Virus genome (UHGV): UHGV-0189340
Source: a virus
Strand: one strand, 5' to 3'
DNA length: 22,779 bases
In this document: piece by piece, positions 1 to 8,720 of the stretch
Numbering within the stretch: the first letter of the stretch is position 1
Layout: every line of letters starts with the position of its first letter
Translations under genes and position numbers: made by a program
The notes under the pieces: model-generated
What the model saw: the letters and a program-made list of their open reading frames with translations, nothing else
The model's database searches: none
What the model was told of the DNA's origin: nothing

Positions 1-1051
1 GTGGACGGGTTTCACTCCCGCCAGTATTACCGATACTCCCTCGTGAATGAAGTGTCGGTGATGGGATCAGACTCCCTCCGGCAGCGGCAGCATCAAGCCC
101 CCTGCCTTGCGTATATGCTCTTCTGAAGATTGTCGCCAGTTCCCATTCCTCTTTTGAGTCATACCCATCGTTGGCGACAACAGGATGACGGTGCTTTTCC
201 AGCATTCCGGCCTGAATACTCAATAAAACACGTCCTGCATCAATACCGCGCCCGTCATCCCAGCCACGAATAAACTCACCGCGTAAATCAGGTAATTTAT
301 TTGTTGGATAAGCCTTTGCCAGTTCCGGGTATTCTTCAGCAGAAAATGCCGCACCGTTGCATTTCAGCCAGCCTGTTGGCGGTGTGACTGAAGGCCATGG
401 AACAGGCACACCAACAGGTAATGCAGAGCCTTCTCCCAAACCAAGGTTTTTGAGAACCTCAGCAACCAATCCGGCGTCGGCCATTTCTTTTAGTGCGTTC
501 GCAATCAGCGGGTATTGCTGATGCGGGTTAGCCTTTGCCTCATGATCTTTCATGAGTTTGTCGGCGTAGCTCTTCACCTCGATGACTGCATCGTCGACAT
601 ATTTACGGGTTGCCAGCACGACTGACGGGTCGATTTTTAAGGTGATCGCCGAAGTGCTCGAGACAACGAGAATCATGCGAATGGTCTGCGTTCGGCCGCT
701 CCCCTCAGCCAGTAACGGTTTATAGGTTTCCGGGCAGTTGGCGACAGCAATCAGGATACCTTCATCATCGTAAAGACCGATTTCGCGGATAAAGAAACCG
801 CCCTCGTTTTCCGGGATGATCTGCTCGGCAATAATCTGACCGGTGTCGTTAGCATCTACTGCCAGTGAATTTAGCAGCTCGCGGCGACGCTCGTTAATGA
901 GCTTTGTCTGAGCCGGGTCAGGTGTCGGCAGTGTGCCGTTTCCGTCCCCGACGGCCATTTGTGTAATATTCAGTTTAGTACCGAGTGCGGTCGCGTTTGC
1001 CAGTCGCGCCGCGCCCTGATGGGTCAGAATGGCAAAATATTTAGTCGTCAT
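1..1051 (-). CDS. H: Tail fibre protein, P2 gpH-like; 5' part only, gene runs off the left edge
   Basis: ATG at 1051..1049 overlaps the gpI stop (ATGA). Hand translation gives MTTKYFAILTHQGAARLANATALGTKLNITQMAVGDGNGTLPTPDPAQTKL..., resembling the recalled P2 gpH N-terminus. Translation near the edge contains a tail-collar-like motif (PWPSVTPPTGWLKCNGAAF...LPDLRGEFIRGWDDGRGID). No complete ORF is listed on either strand in 1..1047. Confidence 0.8.
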   Translation of the reverse strand, partial: MTTKYFAILTHQGAARLANATALGTKLNITQMAVGDGNGTLPTPDPAQTKLINERRRELLNSLAVDANDTGQIIAEQIIPENEGGFFIREIGLYDDEGILIAVANCPETYKPLLAEGSGRTQTIRMILVVSSTSAITLKIDPSVVLATRKYVDDAVIEVKSYADKLMKDHEAKANPHQQYPLIANALKEMADAGLVAEVLKNLGLGEGSALPVGVPVPWPSVTPPTGWLKCNGAAFSAEEYPELAKAYPTNKLPDLRGEFIRGWDDGRGIDAGRVLLSIQAGMLEKHRHPVVANDGYDSKEEWELATIFRRAYTQGRGLDAAAAGGSLIPSPTLHSRGSIGNTGGSETRP

Positions 1052-1659
1052 GCGCTTACTCGCAGGTTATCAATCAGATGAATGGCCGAAGCCGGACAAA
1101 ACTCACCACCGACGACAATCTCCCCGGAGGCATAGGGATATACGGTTAACAGGTCGCCGTCGTAGCAGCTTGCGCCCACATAAGCGCGCCCGGTGGTGCT
1201 CAGGCTGATAGCGAGCCCGGTCAGGTGTCGGCTTGCCGGTTTTGCCCCTTCAATAAGGCGCTCGAGCTCGAGATACATCTCATCGGTGATGCCGGTCTCG
1301 AGTACGCCAACCACAAGCCGGAAAGTTCCCGGCTCTTCGTTGAGCTCCCACCACTCTTTAACCTCAATCAGATAGCCCAGCGGCTCCACCACGCGCCGTA
1401 ATGCGGCGATGGTGCCTTTGTGGGCATGAACATAAAATGCGGAGGCGATAACGCTGCGTTTTGTGGCCTCCGGCCATCTCTCATCCCACCGGTCAACCGA
1501 AAATGCCCACGCCAGATACGGCAGCTGCCGCACCGGGCAAGTGCGCCAGTTCCACAACGTGCGAAGCGGTACCGGCACACGCTCAATATCTGCGGCCGCG
1601 CGGGCGGCGGCGACCTCGAGCAGCGATGAGCCAACAGGCAACAGTCGCTTATTACTCAT
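1048..1659 (-). CDS. I: Baseplate protein, P2 gpI-like
   Basis: Position directly after J in a V-W-J-I-H order. Start chosen at internal Met (MSNKRLLPVGSS...) whose ATG overlaps the J stop; the longer track ORF (to 1782) would overlap J by 130 nt. Confidence 0.8.
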   Translation of the reverse strand: MSNKRLLPVGSSLLEVAAARAAADIERVPVPLRTLWNWRTCPVRQLPYLAWAFSVDRWDERWPEATKRSVIASAFYVHAHKGTIAALRRVVEPLGYLIEVKEWWELNEEPGTFRLVVGVLETGITDEMYLELERLIEGAKPASRHLTGLAISLSTTGRAYVGASCYDGDLLTVYPYASGEIVVGGEFCPASAIHLIDNLRVSA

Positions 1660-2560
1660 CGGCCCCCCCGTCAGCGATGTGGTATTCGGTGCAACAGGAT
1701 GCCTGGTATTTACTGAGCACAATGTCAGCCAGTGGCGCGGCGAGTTCGACACGCTGCACACCTTCGACATGCAGGGCGGCATAGATGGCCGACTGACGAA
1801 TGTCCCGGCCCAGTCGCTGTTGTGCGCTGATGTATGCCTTCAGTTTTTCCTCTGCGGCCTGACGGATTGGCTCGGCCTCCGGCCCCGGATAAAAATACAG
1901 AGTTGCATCAATCTGATACGGCACGATTTCAGCACTCTGCACCGTCACCCTGTCGCCAACCGGGCGCACCTCTTCAGCATTTAGTGCTTTTTCAACGATG
2001 GTCAGAAGCTCATCGGATGCGGTGCCGTCATCCTCGCGTGACAGCACGGTGATGGTCACACAGGCCGGTGACGGGCTGACAACCGAGATATCAGCGACCC
2101 GACCGTCGGCGCTGCGACCGTGGTATTCATATGCGCCGACCGGACCAGCCACGCTGAGCCCTTCATAAGCCTGTTGTGCGCGTAACCGTAAATCGGTATC
2201 AGATTCCATGACGGCGGGTGTCGGCGGGATAGTGCTGTCATCGGCGGGCGTCACAATCTGTCGCGCGGTGTTGTTGTTTCCGGCCATCACATCAAGGTCG
2301 TTATTACTCGCATAAGCCAGTGTGCAGCCTTTCGCCGCATCGTTCACACGCTGACGCCAGATAACCTCCCGATAGGCGTTTTCCTCCAGATACTTCACCA
2401 GTGGCTCAGACTCAAGGGCGAGAGTACGCGCAACAGCGTCCTGTTGTTCTTCAGGGTAAAGCGAGACCAGCGTCGCTTTGCGTTCCGCGAGAATAGTCTC
2501 AAAATCCAGCGTTTCCACGACGTCAGGCGCGGGGAGCTGGCTCAGGTCGATGTTTGCCAT
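1652..2560 (-). CDS. J: Baseplate protein, P2 gpJ-like
   Basis: 302 aa, same length as P2 gpJ; lies between W and I, with only a 4-nt gap to the W stop. Confidence 0.88.
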   Translation of the reverse strand: MANIDLSQLPAPDVVETLDFETILAERKATLVSLYPEEQQDAVARTLALESEPLVKYLEENAYREVIWRQRVNDAAKGCTLAYASNNDLDVMAGNNNTARQIVTPADDSTIPPTPAVMESDTDLRLRAQQAYEGLSVAGPVGAYEYHGRSADGRVADISVVSPSPACVTITVLSREDDGTASDELLTIVEKALNAEEVRPVGDRVTVQSAEIVPYQIDATLYFYPGPEAEPIRQAAEEKLKAYISAQQRLGRDIRQSAIYAALHVEGVQRVELAAPLADIVLSKYQASCCTEYHIADGGADE

Positions 2561-2564
2561 AAAT

Positions 2565-2912
2565 TCAACTCACAGGAATAGTCAGTGACAGGGTTTTGCC
2601 GGTGTCCCGGGTCTCGCCGGTCAGCTCAACAATCATCTGACCGTTAAACTGACGTTCTACCGTCAGCGAGCTGATGCTGATGCGCGGCTCCCACTTCAGC
2701 AGCGCCATATAACAGGCGCACATAATTTGCAGTCTCAGCGCGTCGGTCTGCGGCATATCAATCAGGGAGAACAACAGCGAGCCATAATCGCGACGCATCA
2801 CGCGAGAGCCGACCGGCGTTCGCAAAATATCGCCACAGCTCTGACGGATGTGATCGGCGTCAGTGATGGCGCGCCCGGTCTCCCTGTTCATACCGATATA
2901 ACGGGTCGTCAT
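2565..2912 (-). CDS. W: Baseplate wedge protein, P2 gpW-like (gp25/GPW family)
   Basis: 115 aa, same length as P2 gpW; start overlaps the V stop. Confidence 0.88.
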   Translation of the reverse strand: MTTRYIGMNRETGRAITDADHIRQSCGDILRTPVGSRVMRRDYGSLLFSLIDMPQTDALRLQIMCACYMALLKWEPRISISSLTVERQFNGQMIVELTGETRDTGKTLSLTIPVS

Positions 2913-3550
2913 TTCGTGCCCTCCGTCCAGGCTCCACCTCTTTGCACACCGCCGTGACCGTGGCTGTCGACCTGAACGCCGTTGGATTTAAACGTACCGT
3001 CGGTGTGTTCGATGTTTCCGCGCATGGTGCCGCCTTGTTGTACCTCAAGCGTCGCCGTCGTCAGTTTGTTGGTGCAGACCACTTCCGGTGTATCGAGGGT
3101 GATGCGGGTCTCGGCTTTCACCGTCACCAGCGGTACCGTCGCGGTGATGGAATCCGACGCCGTAACGTCTGCGGTTTTAATGCCGCTCACGGTCAGCGCG
3201 CCGGTCTCCGGCTCGTACTCGATAACAGCCCCATCAGGAAAGGTGATGTGAAAAGCATCAGCCGACGCCGACGGCGCGGGGTGGTCATCCGAAAAAATGC
3301 CGGGCAGCACAAAAGCGGTGTCGAGTTCACCACCCACGGCCAGCAGTAAAACCTGCTCGCCCACAGACGGAGCCCACCAGACACGTGAACGACCGGCGCG
3401 TGTGGTCAGCCACTGAAGCCAGTCGGTAACAATGCCGCCAGTCTGGACGCGACAGCGCCCGTCATCGAGGTCAACTTCGACGACGACGCCGGTGCGTATC
3501 AGGTTGCGAAGGAGGCGTAAAGCGTCCTGAAGAGTTGCGCGAGTATTCAT
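2909..3550 (-). CDS. V: Baseplate spike protein, P2 gpV-like
   Basis: From Met 13 of the track ORF the protein (MNTRATLQDALRLLRNLIRTGVVVEVDLDDGRCRVQTGG...WLQWLT...RAGRSR.WWAPSVGEQVL) aligns by eye with the recalled P2 gpV. The upstream extension starts on TTG and is not supported. Confidence 0.88.
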   Translation of the reverse strand: MNTRATLQDALRLLRNLIRTGVVVEVDLDDGRCRVQTGGIVTDWLQWLTTRAGRSRVWWAPSVGEQVLLLAVGGELDTAFVLPGIFSDDHPAPSASADAFHITFPDGAVIEYEPETGALTVSGIKTADVTASDSITATVPLVTVKAETRITLDTPEVVCTNKLTTATLEVQQGGTMRGNIEHTDGTFKSNGVQVDSHGHGGVQRGGAWTEGTK

Positions 3551-3626
3551 ACAAGGAAGGATGCCGCCCGGTGCTCTGGACGGCAATTAATGCGGGTTTT
3601 ACCAGATATGGCACAACATACAAAAA

Positions 3627-4970
3627 CTAGCTTGGGGTAACTGTAACCTGACGAGAAAAAACAACAGGCTCCTTCAATTGCTCACATATAATTTTAAAAT
3701 TAATAACTCCAGAGCCAATCGTTAAGGGAATGATGACTATTTCCTCATACTCAACAGTTAAGCTCTGTAACACTTTTTTCGCACGCAACGTGATTTTATG
3801 GTCCTCTTTCATGACCCACTCATCTTGGTTAACTGTTCCTAAATCAGCCATCCGTTTAATTATTGCTGGCACTTCGAAATGAGGTTTAGCCATTACCATC
3901 GATGTATCATCAAAAATACCCATCCTAAAATTTTCGAGTGACATTATAGCACTGAGTCTTTTTTTATGCTTACTTATTGGGGACTCGGGGATTTTTAATT
4001 TCGGCTCTTTTATAAATAAGTCTTCATTAGAACCTTTAAGCACTATTAGGAATTCAGGAAAATCAATCTCAACATAAACATTTGACGCAAAAGTCCTCCC
4101 ATTATTTCTTAAAACGGGCTTCACTGTAATTGCATTGTTTTTGTAATTACAGTGCAATCTCATTTTTTTATTATATAAATCCACATCTTTATCAGTAGGC
4201 AGTGAAGAGTTATATGATTCAATCTCATCAATGGTGATAGTGTCCTTCAACTCAAGAGGTACCGCTTCCTTGCATAGTTGTGGAAGGTAATCCTGATAAG
4301 TCGACTCCACATCCACCGTCAAAGCTAAGTCATTATCAATCATACTCAGCTCTAATTGAGGTGCATCGCTATGTAATTGGCTTTCATATTCGCGGACTTT
4401 TTCCCTTAATTTTCTATTTTCATTAGATAGCTCAGCCAACTCGGCGGTAATCTCTTTAGATGCGACCTGGTCACCGCGCACCCATCCTATTCGTGGATTT
4501 CGTCGCATTACTTTTGGTAAGGCGATAGCAACCTTCGTCGCTAACTCATCAATTGTCTCCCAAAAATCACACATTTTGTTAGCTTTAGCTTTTTCAATAA
4601 AAGCATTTAGTTGCTTTTCTTTTTGAGGGTCACTTTCTCGTTCATGTGGTTTTGTTAAAACGTCCCTCCCTCTAATAAAAGCCAACACCGGTATATTTAA
4701 TGATTTAGCATAGTTATATTCCATTTCAGTATAGCTAATACCATCTTTAGAAACGGACCCATACTTATGCCCAATGATAATCACATAATAATCACTAGCA
4801 TCAATAGTCTCCTTTATTATATCCCACTGCTCAGAGTCATCAGCGCTAAACATCTCCATGCCAACTGGAAAGTGGTATAAACTAAGGACCGTTTCTATGA
4901 TTTTTTTGCGAGCATCAATTAAATCGACGTATGTAGAGCTCACAAATACTTGATATTTTTTATTTTCCAT
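3627..4970 (-). CDS. Uncharacterised cargo protein with DUF4062/TIR-like N-terminal domain, central coiled coil and unknown C-terminal domain
   Basis: AT-rich ORF in a GC-rich tail operon. Start placed at MENKKYQVFVSSTYVDL (ATG 4970, preceded by GAGGA); the N-terminal motif resembles DUF4062/TIR-like domains as I recall them. Occupies the S-V junction where P2 carries the non-essential orf30. Confidence 0.72.
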   Translation of the reverse strand: MENKKYQVFVSSTYVDLIDARKKIIETVLSLYHFPVGMEMFSADDSEQWDIIKETIDASDYYVIIIGHKYGSVSKDGISYTEMEYNYAKSLNIPVLAFIRGRDVLTKPHERESDPQKEKQLNAFIEKAKANKMCDFWETIDELATKVAIALPKVMRRNPRIGWVRGDQVASKEITAELAELSNENRKLREKVREYESQLHSDAPQLELSMIDNDLALTVDVESTYQDYLPQLCKEAVPLELKDTITIDEIESYNSSLPTDKDVDLYNKKMRLHCNYKNNAITVKPVLRNNGRTFASNVYVEIDFPEFLIVLKGSNEDLFIKEPKLKIPESPISKHKKRLSAIMSLENFRMGIFDDTSMVMAKPHFEVPAIIKRMADLGTVNQDEWVMKEDHKITLRAKKVLQSLTVEYEEIVIIPLTIGSGVINFKIICEQLKEPVVFSRQVTVTPS

Positions 4971-5007
4971 AACATCCTCACTTGTATAGAAAATAAAATA
5001 CATAAAA

Positions 5008-5475
5008 TCAATCAATAGATCTAGCCGCCTCAGCTAAAGAAACCATAATTATGTCATGAATCATATTTTTTGATTCATGATCAAACCCGATAAGCATTCG
5101 GGCGTCATACTGTACCGGCGCACTGTTTCGCCCAGGCCTATCTTTGAGACCGTACTGATGCACATTCGCCATCCGTTGTACCTTGCCGGTAAATTCCACG
5201 ACCGCCGAGTCATTCCCCGCTGTGGCTTTCATAAAGCGACTGGTGCGGAGCTTAGCGAACATTTCCCGCTTAACCCGGCCTGTTTTGGCTTTTACCGGCT
5301 GGCGTTTTCGGGCGGCGTAAGGTGTCCCGTCCGGGGCTTTCTGCATTTTAATCCGGCGCTGTTGACGGGCTCGCAGGGTCTTAGCGATATCTGCGGCCAT
5401 TCTGCGACGGGCGGCAGGAGACAGCGCTGCTATCAGCCCCGTGAGCGTATCGTCAAAGGGTTTAAAGTCATTCAT
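5008..5475 (-). CDS. S: Tail completion protein, P2 gpS-like
   Basis: 155 aa basic protein in the R-S position; start overlaps the R stop. Confidence 0.82.
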   Translation of the reverse strand: MNDFKPFDDTLTGLIAALSPAARRRMAADIAKTLRARQQRRIKMQKAPDGTPYAARKRQPVKAKTGRVKREMFAKLRTSRFMKATAGNDSAVVEFTGKVQRMANVHQYGLKDRPGRNSAPVQYDARMLIGFDHESKNMIHDIIMVSLAEAARSID

Positions 5476-5935
5476 GCAATCGACTCACGAGCTCACCGTT
5501 AACATACAGCTCAACTGGCCGGGTAACGGGCTCCGGCGGCTGCGGCTCTTCAGCCTGTTCAACGTGAAGCTTATCCCCCTGTTCTTTAACGATAGTGCGC
5601 TCGGTCAGCATCAGACTGATACTGATATCGACGCTGTCGTTGTCGTTGATATCGGCAAAATAGGTGAATCCCTTTTTACGCCCTTCATCGGTCGTCATAA
5701 TGTCAGCCTGATGTATGCGTAGCCACGCCTGAATCGGGACGAGTAACAGCTCGATATCATCCGTGAAATCGGTCACCACCACATTCAGCGTGTACCGGTT
5801 CTCAAACGACAGCGACGTCGCCAGCGTCGAGGCCAGATTCCCGTTGTCGATAAAGACACGCATCATATCGGGGTTTCGTGCCAGCACCGGCACGGCGTCA
5901 GTTAAGGCTTTTCGCAGACTCTTCGGCTTGTACAT
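5468..5935 (-). CDS. R: Tail completion protein, P2 gpR-like
   Basis: 155 aa, same length as P2 gpR; sits between the lysis cassette and S. Confidence 0.82.
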   Translation of the reverse strand: MYKPKSLRKALTDAVPVLARNPDMMRVFIDNGNLASTLATSLSFENRYTLNVVVTDFTDDIELLLVPIQAWLRIHQADIMTTDEGRKKGFTYFADINDNDSVDISISLMLTERTIVKEQGDKLHVEQAEEPQPPEPVTRPVELYVNGELVSRLHE

Positions 5936-6188
5936 CGATTTTATCCTGACAGTGTTTTATCGTTCTGACCTGAAGCGCACAGCGCTCGAGGGCGCTTTCG
6001 AGCTGGCGTATATCCGCGCTCAGGTCGCCATTGGTAGTCGGGTCACTTCCCGGCATCGGGCAAAGGCTGACCTTCGGACATGCGTTGTAAACAATCACCG
6101 GCGTCGGCACAGGCGGCGCGCTGGTGCAACCGGCGCACAGCATCAGGTAAATCAGCGCTATACCAGCGGCGAAGCTGTTCATTTTCAT
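5898..6188 (-). CDS. lysC: Outer-membrane lipoprotein o-spanin (LysC/Rz1-like)
   Basis: Start at MKMNSFAAGIALIYLMLCAGC (lipobox L-C-A-G-C), GAGG 7 nt upstream; about 97 aa, Pro-rich mature part. Reading frame is embedded in the 3' part of lysB, as in Rz/Rz1 pairs. Confidence 0.7.
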   Translation of the reverse strand: MKMNSFAAGIALIYLMLCAGCTSAPPVPTPVIVYNACPKVSLCPMPGSDPTTNGDLSADIRQLESALERCALQVRTIKHCQDKIDVQAEESAKSLN

Positions 6189-6456
6189 TGAGTAACCTCG
6201 TAATGGTCTGTTCCCGACGCTGTGCCCGCGCTCCGGCATCGATGAGCTCACCGCGCAGTAAGACCTGAGCGGTCTCATTTTCCCCACGGATACGGGAGGC
6301 CGTTTTAAGCTGGCTTTTCAGCATGGTAATCACCGTTTTTTGGTCACCGGCGACTTTATTCGCCCGTTCAAAGGAACGGGTCAGACTGGTGTTTTCGTGG
6401 CGCATCCAGAGCAGCCCGGCCACGGCCAGCACTAACAACACGACTATCGTTTTCAT
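6043..6456 (-). CDS. lysB: Inner-membrane i-spanin (LysB/Rz-like)
   Basis: 137 aa with N-terminal transmembrane segment (IVVLLVLAVAGLLW) followed by a charged coiled-coil region; directly downstream of the endolysin. Confidence 0.75.
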   Translation of the reverse strand: MKTIVVLLVLAVAGLLWMRHENTSLTRSFERANKVAGDQKTVITMLKSQLKTASRIRGENETAQVLLRGELIDAGARAQRREQTITRLLNENEQLRRWYSADLPDAVRRLHQRAACADAGDCLQRMSEGQPLPDAGK

Positions 6457-6962
6457 TTCACCCCCTTCAGGCAGTAGGTGCGCTCACGAAAGCGGCGGTT
6501 TTCGACCCCGGCATTACGCTCACCATTCACAAACACCCAGCGGGTGAGCTGGTCACAGGCCTGCCACCATTGCCGGTGTTTCAGGTGATACACCAGCGTC
6601 GAGCGACAGGCCGCGCCGGTGCCGACGTTAAAAGCGAAGCTGACCAGCGCGTCATAGACGGCGGGTGGCATGTCCACCGGCACACAGACCGCGAGTCGTT
6701 TCTCGACGTTCAGCACGTCGGCGACCAGATTCGCGGCGGCTTCCTTCTCGGTGATATCCCGTTTCGGTACCACCCCGGCAGTGTGGCCGATGCCTGACGT
6801 CCACACACCCGCGCTGCACTGGTAAGGACGCAACCGGCACCCCTCGAGGTCGGCAATCAGCGCGAGCCCTTCCGGCGAGGTGTGAAGCAAACGAAAATCA
6901 GGCACCAGTGCCGCCAGCGCCAGCACGACGGCCACACTGCAACGTTTAACGAATGAGCCCAC
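6453..6962 (-). CDS. K: Endolysin (lysozyme-like), probably a SAR endolysin
   Basis: Catalytic E-x8-C-x5-T pattern (LEGCRLRPYQCSAGVWT) as in T4/P1-type lysozymes; weakly hydrophobic Ala/Val/Leu-rich N-terminus. Start tentatively at GTG 6962 (169 aa); the track ORF extends further upstream to 7067. Confidence 0.75.
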   Translation of the reverse strand: MGSFVKRCSVAVVLALAALVPDFRLLHTSPEGLALIADLEGCRLRPYQCSAGVWTSGIGHTAGVVPKRDITEKEAAANLVADVLNVEKRLAVCVPVDMPPAVYDALVSFAFNVGTGAACRSTLVYHLKHRQWWQACDQLTRWVFVNGERNAGVENRRFRERTYCLKGVK

Positions 6963-7167
6963 GAATAACCCCCTTATCAATCCCCATCGAGACGAGATAG
7001 CGGTATTTCTTTCGCTGGTACCAGAAGTTAACCAGCGCGGTAAAAATGGCGCAGCTTCCCCCGACATAAAGCGCGAGCCGTTCCGGCGTCTGCGTACCGA
7101 AATACGCCAGCACCACTGACAGCCAGTAGGTCAGAAAGGTTGTGATTTTATCCACAGTCAGTCCCAT
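6946..7167 (-). CDS. Y: Holin (two predicted transmembrane helices; pinholin-like)
   Basis: 73 aa with two hydrophobic helices and a charged C-terminus, between X and the endolysin. Confidence 0.72.
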   Translation of the reverse strand: MGLTVDKITTFLTYWLSVVLAYFGTQTPERLALYVGGSCAIFTALVNFWYQRKKYRYLVSMGIDKGVIRGLIR

Positions 7168-7361
7168 AAATTCACGGTCTCCGATACCGGTGCGGTGTCA
7201 ACTTCAGGCAGACTGACCGCCGTGCCATGTGGCAGGACGACGCCCAGCTCGGCGAGTCCCGGATTAGCCAGCAATACCGCCTCGACCACACCTTCAGTGC
7301 GCCCGTAATGGCGCTGACATAACGTGTCGAGCGTGTCGCCCTGATGCGCGAAGATGTTCAT
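7158..7361 (-). CDS. X: Tail protein X (LysM-like), P2 gpX-like
   Basis: 67 aa; sequence (…HQGDTLDTLCQRHYGRTEGVVEAVLLANPGLAELGVVLPHGTAV…TAPVSETVNLWD) closely matches the recalled P2 gpX. Confidence 0.9.
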   Translation of the reverse strand: MNIFAHQGDTLDTLCQRHYGRTEGVVEAVLLANPGLAELGVVLPHGTAVSLPEVDTAPVSETVNLWD

Positions 7362-7861
7362 CAGATTTGCCCCACGATGCAGCGCGCTTTGTCCTGGATA
7401 CGGGCAACCGACCAGCGCATGTCACGCCACATTTCATCGATGGTGTCATCGATGCTGTCGGCCTTTTTGTCACCTTTGGCGCTCGCATCAACGCCCCGGT
7501 AACGCTCGTACAGCGTCGCGGTCGTCATCGAGCAAACAGCGTTGAAGTAGTGAAAAACCCGCACACTTTCGCCGTCGAGTTCATCCGTCGGCACATCCTC
7601 AAGTCGCGCGTAACCGGCGGCGAGCTGAAGGTCGCGCCAGTCGGTTAACTCGGCGTTGGTCTCCGCCATCGCGGTTTTAATCGCCCGGCGCAGACGCACC
7701 GGCGTCACGGTCTGCTCGAGGCGCATTTCTTCGCGCATGCGCTTCGGATCAACATCCGGGAAAAAGGCCGTGTTTTTAATCACCGGCTCGTCAACCGGCA
7801 CCGGCGGGATGACCATCGGGTCGCGCTGTTGCGCCGGGTTATTCATCACAATCATGGTCAT
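7361..7861 (-). CDS. L: Head completion protein, P2 gpL-like
   Basis: 166 aa (P2 gpL 169 aa), between M and X; stop overlaps the X start. Confidence 0.88.
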   Translation of the reverse strand: MTMIVMNNPAQQRDPMVIPPVPVDEPVIKNTAFFPDVDPKRMREEMRLEQTVTPVRLRRAIKTAMAETNAELTDWRDLQLAAGYARLEDVPTDELDGESVRVFHYFNAVCSMTTATLYERYRGVDASAKGDKKADSIDDTIDEMWRDMRWSVARIQDKARCIVGQI

Positions 7862-7958
7862 GAGTACCTCAGTAAATAGGTGGGCGGTGGACGCCGGTCG
7901 CAGTTACGGTGAATCACCGACATTGACCAGCGTGCCGCCCGGCGCGGGGCGCGTTCTG

Positions 7959-8717
7959 TTAACCGGTGACTTTCTTCGGGCGTCCCCGCCCTCGTTTCAC
8001 CGGTGAATCTTGTTTTTTCGCGGGTGCCTTTTTCGCGGCTTTCGGCGCCGTTTTTTTGACGACGACCGGTTTCGGGTTCAGCTCACGAGTGAGGGTCTCA
8101 ATGTCCTTTCTTACCCCGGCGTTGGTGTCGAGCTGTAAGGCGCGTTGCAGGTGCGCCAGTGCATCAGGAAGCTGACCGGCATCACGCAGGGTCAGACCGG
8201 TGACCTTATGCAGTCGGGCGCGCACTTCGTCAGGCATATCGGCGGCATCGGTCAGCCCGATGACCTCGAGCAGTTGCGAAGCGTCGACCGGCTCACCGGC
8301 GATACGGGCGCGGAGAGCCGCGAGCGCGACCTCTTCGGCCAGCATATAAGGCGCGGGGCGGGAATGATTTTCCGGCATAGACAGGTCAAAACGCAGGGCA
8401 TAGCGCGCAATCTCGACAGCGCCGGTGATATCCCCCGCATCCAGACGCCAGAGCATCACCGTCATCAGAATGTCATCCTGTGCGCCGGTGCCGCTTTCCA
8501 GTACGCCAGCGACCCACGGCAGGTACAGCGGGAGTAATTCGCGTTTTTTATCCGCTTTGCGTTCTTTAGAACGAATCGCTGATAGCGTCCGGCGGTCTGC
8601 GGCCAGCTTGACGAGCATTTGCTCGTAAGGTGAGGCATGACGCAGCGGGGCATTGTCCCGCTGCGATGCCCTGACAGCCGAGACCCGCATCGCGTGACGC
8701 TGTGCGGGGGTTGCCAT
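7959..8717 (-). CDS. M: Terminase small (endonuclease) subunit, P2 gpM-like
   Basis: 252 aa with Lys/Ala/Pro-rich basic C-terminal tail (…KKTAPKAAKKAPAKK…RGRGRPKK), downstream of N. Confidence 0.88.
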   Translation of the reverse strand: MATPAQRHAMRVSAVRASQRDNAPLRHASPYEQMLVKLAADRRTLSAIRSKERKADKKRELLPLYLPWVAGVLESGTGAQDDILMTVMLWRLDAGDITGAVEIARYALRFDLSMPENHSRPAPYMLAEEVALAALRARIAGEPVDASQLLEVIGLTDAADMPDEVRARLHKVTGLTLRDAGQLPDALAHLQRALQLDTNAGVRKDIETLTRELNPKPVVVKKTAPKAAKKAPAKKQDSPVKRGRGRPKKVTG

Positions 8718-8720
8718 CGG

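Noticed and set aside
1193-3349. Multiple plus-strand ORFs (e.g. 1463..1984, 1834..2052, 2727..2957, 2942..3349) overlapping the minus-strand baseplate genes
   Set aside because: Antisense to well-supported P2-like genes; long spurious ORFs are expected in GC-rich DNA, and their Arg/Ala/Pro-rich composition and lack of RBS are typical of that.
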